64,000 bases of DNA from Schmidtea polychroa (lineage: Eukaryota). Positions 62,101 through 64,000 of this stretch are shown here, one piece after another. The stretch is taken from positions 32,614,001-32,678,000 of the forward strand of contig CM097885.1 of NCBI GenBank assembly GCA_044892525.1. Reading direction: 5' to 3'. The first letter of the stretch is position 1, and each line of letters starts with the position of its first letter. The notes below the pieces were generated by a model. It saw only the letters and a list, made by a program, of their open reading frames with translations, did not search any database and was not told the origin of the DNA. Position numbers and translations under genes: made by a program.

Positions 62101-64000
62101 TTCGGATTAACAAATGCACCTGCTTCGTTTCAAAGATGTATGAACTTTGTGACACACGGAATTAAACAATGTATGGTGTATATTGATGATCTGTTAATTT
62201 ATTCAGGTACTTTCGAGCAACACTTAATCGATATCAGAAACGTCTTCATAAGACTGAAACAATGGAAGCTGAAATTGAAACCGTCAAAATGCGATTGGGC
62301 AAAGGAGAGAGTCACGTTTTTAGGACATATTGTGTCGGCAAAAGGAAAGGAACCAGATCCGAGAAACGTTGAAAAGATAAAAAATTGCCCGATACCAAAG
62401 ACTGTGACTCAGGTACAAGAATTTCTGGGATTATGCGGATACTACCGCAAGTTCATCAAAAATTATGCAACTATAGCAAAACCAATTCAGGAACTAACGA
62501 AAAAAGACACCCCATTTTTGTGGGAAAGAGAACAGCAAATAGCATTCGAATCGTTAAGAGATAAACTAATAGCCTCACCTATTCTAATACACCCAGATTT
62601 TAAAAAGCCTTTTCTACTAGCAACCGATGCCAGTGGATATGCATCAGGAGCTGTGCTAGGACAATGGGATGAGGAGAAACGAGAAAGAGTCATCGGATAT
62701 TATAGCAAGACGTTCAAAAAGCACGAAAAGAATTACTCAGTCACAGAAAGAGAAGCCTTAGCAATAATTCAGGCGATAAAACATTTCAAATATTTATTGT
62801 GGGGACACGAGATAATTATTACTACAGACCATCAACCTCTAGTTTGGTTGGGCCAACACAAAGAAGCATCTAGTCGATTAATGAGATGGGCAATGCAGTT
62901 ACAAGAATATTCCCCATACATCAAATTCAAGTCAGGAAAAGCAAACGCAAATGCAGACTGCATGTCGAGATTTGTATTTGAGGAACTCATGGATCATGAC
63001 GTCAGACGAATATGCCTGATAATCGCGGAAGATATCGATTTTACCAATCTAAAGAACGAACAAAAGGAAGACAATGAATTAAAACTAATAATTGAGTTCC
63101 TGGAAAAAAACGATATGAAAATATTCAACAACGATGATCGACTAAAAGAACACATGGAGAAAAATCGTCACAGATATACGATCGAGAAAGGATGGCTATT
63201 GGTAATGGATGGCGACAAACGATTGATGTGTCTACCAGAAAGTAGACGGAAAGAAATTATGATTCAATACCACGATGGTAAATTGGGCGGACATATGTCA
63301 GCCAAGAAAACAGAAGCAAGGCTCAAACAGAAATATTACTGGCCAAATATGAGCGATGACGTGAAAGAATGGATAAAGAACTGCCTGATATGCGCAACCA
63401 GAAAAACAACGGGCAGTAAACTAAAGCCACCATTGAAACCAATGCCGATACCGCCAGAACCGATGACAATGATTGCAATGGATGTAGTTGGACCACTACC
63501 AGAGACTAACAGTGGAAATGTGTATATATTGGTAATAACTGATTATCTGACTAAGTTCCCTGAAGCATTTGCGATGCCAGACCAAAAAGCACGAACGGTT
63601 GCAAGGATATTAGTGGAAGAGATCTGCTGCAGATATGGAACACCAAAACAAATCTTAACTGACCAAGGAACTAATTTCATGAGCGAGATAATAAATGAAG
63701 TGACAAATTATTTTAGAATCGCCAAATTGAGAACCTCACCATACCACCCGCAAACGAATGGTCAGACAGAAAGATTTAACGGCATACTAATAGACATGAT
63801 GTCCAATTACGTGAGTAAACATCAAAAGGACTGGGATGAATATATTAAGTTGTGTCTAATGGCTTATCGAATGTCAATACACTCAGCAACGAAAATGAGT
63901 CCGTTTAAACTCATGTATGGAAGGGAATGCAACATGCCGATGGATCTCGAATACCAACCGCCAATCTCACAATATATGGAAATAGATGATTATGTGACAA
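53113..64000 (+). CDS. Giant Gag-accessory-Env-Pol polyprotein (>3600 aa, 3'-partial)
   Basis: Hand translation of frame 1 found no stop after TAG 52801; first ATG at 53113. Capsid ~53200-53690; CCHC knuckles at 53914, 53971, 54055; MATH 56350-56787; BH2-like YILEQGGWRSF at 58318; glycoprotein 58468-~60380; protease AMIDTGA (D at 60961); RT YIDD 62179; RNase H TDASG, TEREALA, TDHQPL; integrase HHCC from 63271, AMDVVGP, TDQG, HPQTNGQTER. Confidence 0.93.
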   Translation, partial: MTDGIPNVTGLTDPPETSNVHVNIGEFREKFRGEPFDGNINQLETFIKEFEVYITICHWPDIVVRERIPLYLKGSAQDVYLEAKCDATKLRTWKEIKEFLIKTFGTEKEGNRKMLDFLHRKQKYNESNALYACELRRLAREAFDSNQPVPEDKIIAVFVDGMKREDIRATLGCRAPETLEEALKIANKCETYLTPIQVAAMTAAPAAPATTATTTNNQVNNANPVMNQFIPGSQQLFKTPQTRNQNNGGNIQNFTNNFRNNDINNRTCNICQRPGHWSNECYKARMCQKCGRRGHTENVCRGPMMSMSRGGTRTCYNCNQPGHMARECTMRTKPNQPGSNNPVQNTQINLMQEIEQLKDMILRIPTNNQQQRINMMQSTEEIRNQPSKQQQDQQRVEWQRLQNEEAREIQERWKQREANPGRINMMRLTNKEESHTAEQCVNNDGSEPIINKEIKTTKENEIDPRTELSSEEKIQLIKEFTKEEKERRQKRNESKDEPKSNEIITKNRIQRVLLQKIEDRIKNENPTLTEEQIKEKVKEHWFRKNEWFEKKEPHTKAKINMLRQMRSDQTDQEDEKSEVSSLGGELFQSSEENNEPKTPPNSETPQSSEESENDDMKSMIEKDEEEIFEEILDTVTEIERNESYINELTYRKCLKLITQVYQCEGGIITAAWKDLATKYKEKLKEAGPDQYQVSIQHPEIQIQTIELKGTNTDELYNWVQEKMGTSHKNKQLYVDGYKVKMGIHLVDAMIWPNETNILTLEKTRDDDSVAEMFKKIQQVFNNEVEPELEKIERKIMKENQIILVKQAIDQTRKYINRLRERWPQLMKQFVKDVRDTEIMRFEDERATELISKYGEYERTKCEQETIKLKVKLPNEEKQIIEVNPDCQVDELVQIIDQEIIQKARENSEDGMIEDVIIMYNMHMLERGDRTVIYELGIWEDGAVINIIAMDEPSGGHKNATKTEQQIKRFQWGMRAKMDRIIDIYNHWLKDDKLKLAAFNDEDCKLIPWKKVWIESEARWDWEQQKLEPNWIDNIPEEIAAVWVREKPIDTYQDILPQEFQNELPSGEDEEIREPVKLAPFTWKIENWMEKIKSAKEEKITRLVSPPFYSGLGEYKMKLRIYPNGDGIGKGSYVSAFFVICKGNYDDKVPWPFSRKVTIAIEPLKDSLNVHKEIMKPDPRSACYQRPTTSENIASGTPKLIRLSYIENEQSKFVKNNAIQIRVEVETEQEMNQRLNIPENQPRICMMRRRVPDSGHLPIDADADEEEAATLLEAQKCKELMEILQNGAKNRRRAVVELAKWIAESCKRIQNLRKIVKAIEEYRRVYVWYPEQFGEIIRKWKQREWAENSPEKYQLKIFMPDFEPMEKEFYTTAKVREVKKRIPYELPFHLQHEGRSLDDDIEIGVTPLQGEIVNRLTVSKIAGRELRRGEIKQKSSTQQPGSLDTPEVPNAVSEVTIETTGEDEILDELQEIVEAGEIMRASQSGDLFIDEGEPTTDDLDGFVCAQRQPVETTEAETDLDNVERGANKDVTTTDEWSNWRVDPGATTSKDTTYNPPKRKETGTAMDRRTRGRPKTDKAEIEPKSKVQAQMEQVKTKMDKLSALVKQVKVKTSVREQGTRWINDLLANMLALANPDVKRVMRKDNIPTEAKQLWAVLKPIIMKIMDNKIRLTLKDPVELRLIVEHLLSRSEDQNRFLVGLAYLVYNVIGQYKKRMPKYNATGYEFTVTEIIKRSIEPYILEQGGWRSFIESTGKKDQTEMMQAKLRDLLTEFEGTININDPRASRKGMNAIITTILIWMMCIKGTESFAVYDCDNIKIHEKYSLKDTEDCKAANPRKLQTVMASVSYNVYQEADFIKTMVQECTITRKIFAHHCGSSSHSTIIEPGLESTVILLSREECEEGFRSGRIHLRQGIEIAAEPGKIKTTRVYTAGRITKGDGTCETGTYTLNGQLVSGVVVIESYEAKLEKYQGYFDPDTQAMKKYPSCLASDRSCSTGMSTLVYHADQKVCRLMLLKTAIFEEIQGKVYSEPKGEAERRAMEELRARKGFREDVITSKLESEVTPTAIISKDDGIGMRFIKNKMVSKCDEMVISTNYKGIYLSRRTLANAVGRLSEKDVKLYLYANNKMDFLYHRGLTSTEKVYHDLLRNDCLLNKEILRTKLAMAITNPDNAIPLLPLQEGYFGRIVGEVMYTYQCKKIMARLPENPTIPRDKCANELEIIHEGKPRFVQAVTRIMNPVGFQPNLFNCSNAYGPMYEKEDGQWVQFPSKTIVVTPKKFGLTELTTELEFKPIDVSQSGLYTPKDLESARAHMLFPAHRQAILSNIVTISGGNNYGESPNYELLLSPSHYQQATANMMKAMWGRFLVFGQMMAGILGIILIIQIVRVILTQMLACFDIYKRERKVNWKLAIGFLPFLAKTMVLHGHSKDIHRIKRLLKILTQMKGTDEEVGRKFKVIMRLEAERTQEKAKRTGKWKKWMNLRRDDDSDNDNDDFDDDDNNQGGAMLINKNTATWENEKMKPWGSPYSQTPYLQAPTNGPMRRPGTMRERIRMGTGRLPVPNIYPTAYEPNWAAMDPTMIKPIKNVGQEVETRTIAVLQTPAGPSLTITVEVNGIEMDAMIDTGANISAINMNMLPGRLWPCIEETTMDVITCSKQSIAVVGRVWSTIEYKGVKVTTYLAVIRQLSVSCIIGTDVMPELLKEIVIDLSSMKLKDKTGQICTMRTEVRCSEKMIIPARTQTICYVKVDNEAKGDMIFEPSQKFEKRRELPLAREIVSINEDNEIPINITNFDEEDKVIYENERLGKLTPMMNIELPELKSEGADEKELWTIDSELLNEDEKEQLRQLLIEFKDIFAASDLDLGTSDVTQHIIPLTDETPITLRPYRLAEAQKTVAEEEVHKMLDAGVIEPSCSPWQFPVVMVKKKDGTQRFCIDYRRLNAVTKRDTYPLPDINEMLQMLHGAAYFTSLDLKSGYWQIKVKEEDREKTAFTIGKDLYQFKKMPFGLTNAPASFQRCMNFVTHGIKQCMVYIDDLLIYSGTFEQHLIDIRNVFIRLKQWKLKLKPSKCDWAKERVTFLGHIVSAKGKEPDPRNVEKIKNCPIPKTVTQVQEFLGLCGYYRKFIKNYATIAKPIQELTKKDTPFLWEREQQIAFESLRDKLIASPILIHPDFKKPFLLATDASGYASGAVLGQWDEEKRERVIGYYSKTFKKHEKNYSVTEREALAIIQAIKHFKYLLWGHEIIITTDHQPLVWLGQHKEASSRLMRWAMQLQEYSPYIKFKSGKANANADCMSRFVFEELMDHDVRRICLIIAEDIDFTNLKNEQKEDNELKLIIEFLEKNDMKIFNNDDRLKEHMEKNRHRYTIEKGWLLVMDGDKRLMCLPESRRKEIMIQYHDGKLGGHMSAKKTEARLKQKYYWPNMSDDVKEWIKNCLICATRKTTGSKLKPPLKPMPIPPEPMTMIAMDVVGPLPETNSGNVYILVITDYLTKFPEAFAMPDQKARTVARILVEEICCRYGTPKQILTDQGTNFMSEIINEVTNYFRIAKLRTSPYHPQTNGQTERFNGILIDMMSNYVSKHQKDWDEYIKLCLMAYRMSIHSATKMSPFKLMYGRECNMPMDLEYQPPISQYMEIDDYVT

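Larger units (their letters stand above)
44181..64000 (+). mobile_element. Giant Ty3/gypsy LTR retroelement (Burro-like), 3' end beyond the window
   Basis: LTR, PBS, leader and a single polyprotein with PR-RT-RH-IN order. Size and architecture recall the planarian Burro elements (from memory, not searched). Confidence 0.88.

Noticed and set aside
52459..62693. Many short minus-strand ORFs in the track
   Set aside because: They are antisense shadows of the A-rich + strand polyprotein and have no recognisable motifs.

Overview
Very AT-rich eukaryotic (animal) DNA. The element content suggests a planarian such as Schmidtea; this is an inference. The host locus is a + strand class B (secretin-like) GPCR, with five in-phase exons covering TM3-TM7 spread over 2971..34060. 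Its introns and downstream DNA are filled with mobile elements. (1) A 10.2-kb Polinton/Maverick-type insertion (22242..32427; AG...CT ends, 6-bp TSD TGCATA) is almost entirely one giant palindrome: two head-to-head copies of a protein-primed PolB end joined at a central hairpin, with no integrase, ATPase or capsid genes. (2) A giant Ty3/gypsy element (Burro-like) starts at 44181. It has a ~5-kb LTR, a tRNA-Pro PBS, accessory ORFs (AT-hook, coiled coil, IAP-type RING) and an array of covarying RNA hairpins. Its single uninterrupted ORF of >3600 codons is missing from the supplied track because it runs off the window. Domain order: Gag-3xCCHC-UBL-UBL-TRAF/MATH-UBL-Bcl-2-like-signal peptide-chuvirus-like glycoprotein-PR-RT-RNaseH-IN. 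Smaller items: hAT and piggyBac-type MITEs, solo LTRs, a short-LTR retrotransposon relic, a Penelope relic with a decayed hammerhead, and an Hsp90 fragment. All domain calls come from hand translation and motif recognition, not database searches.
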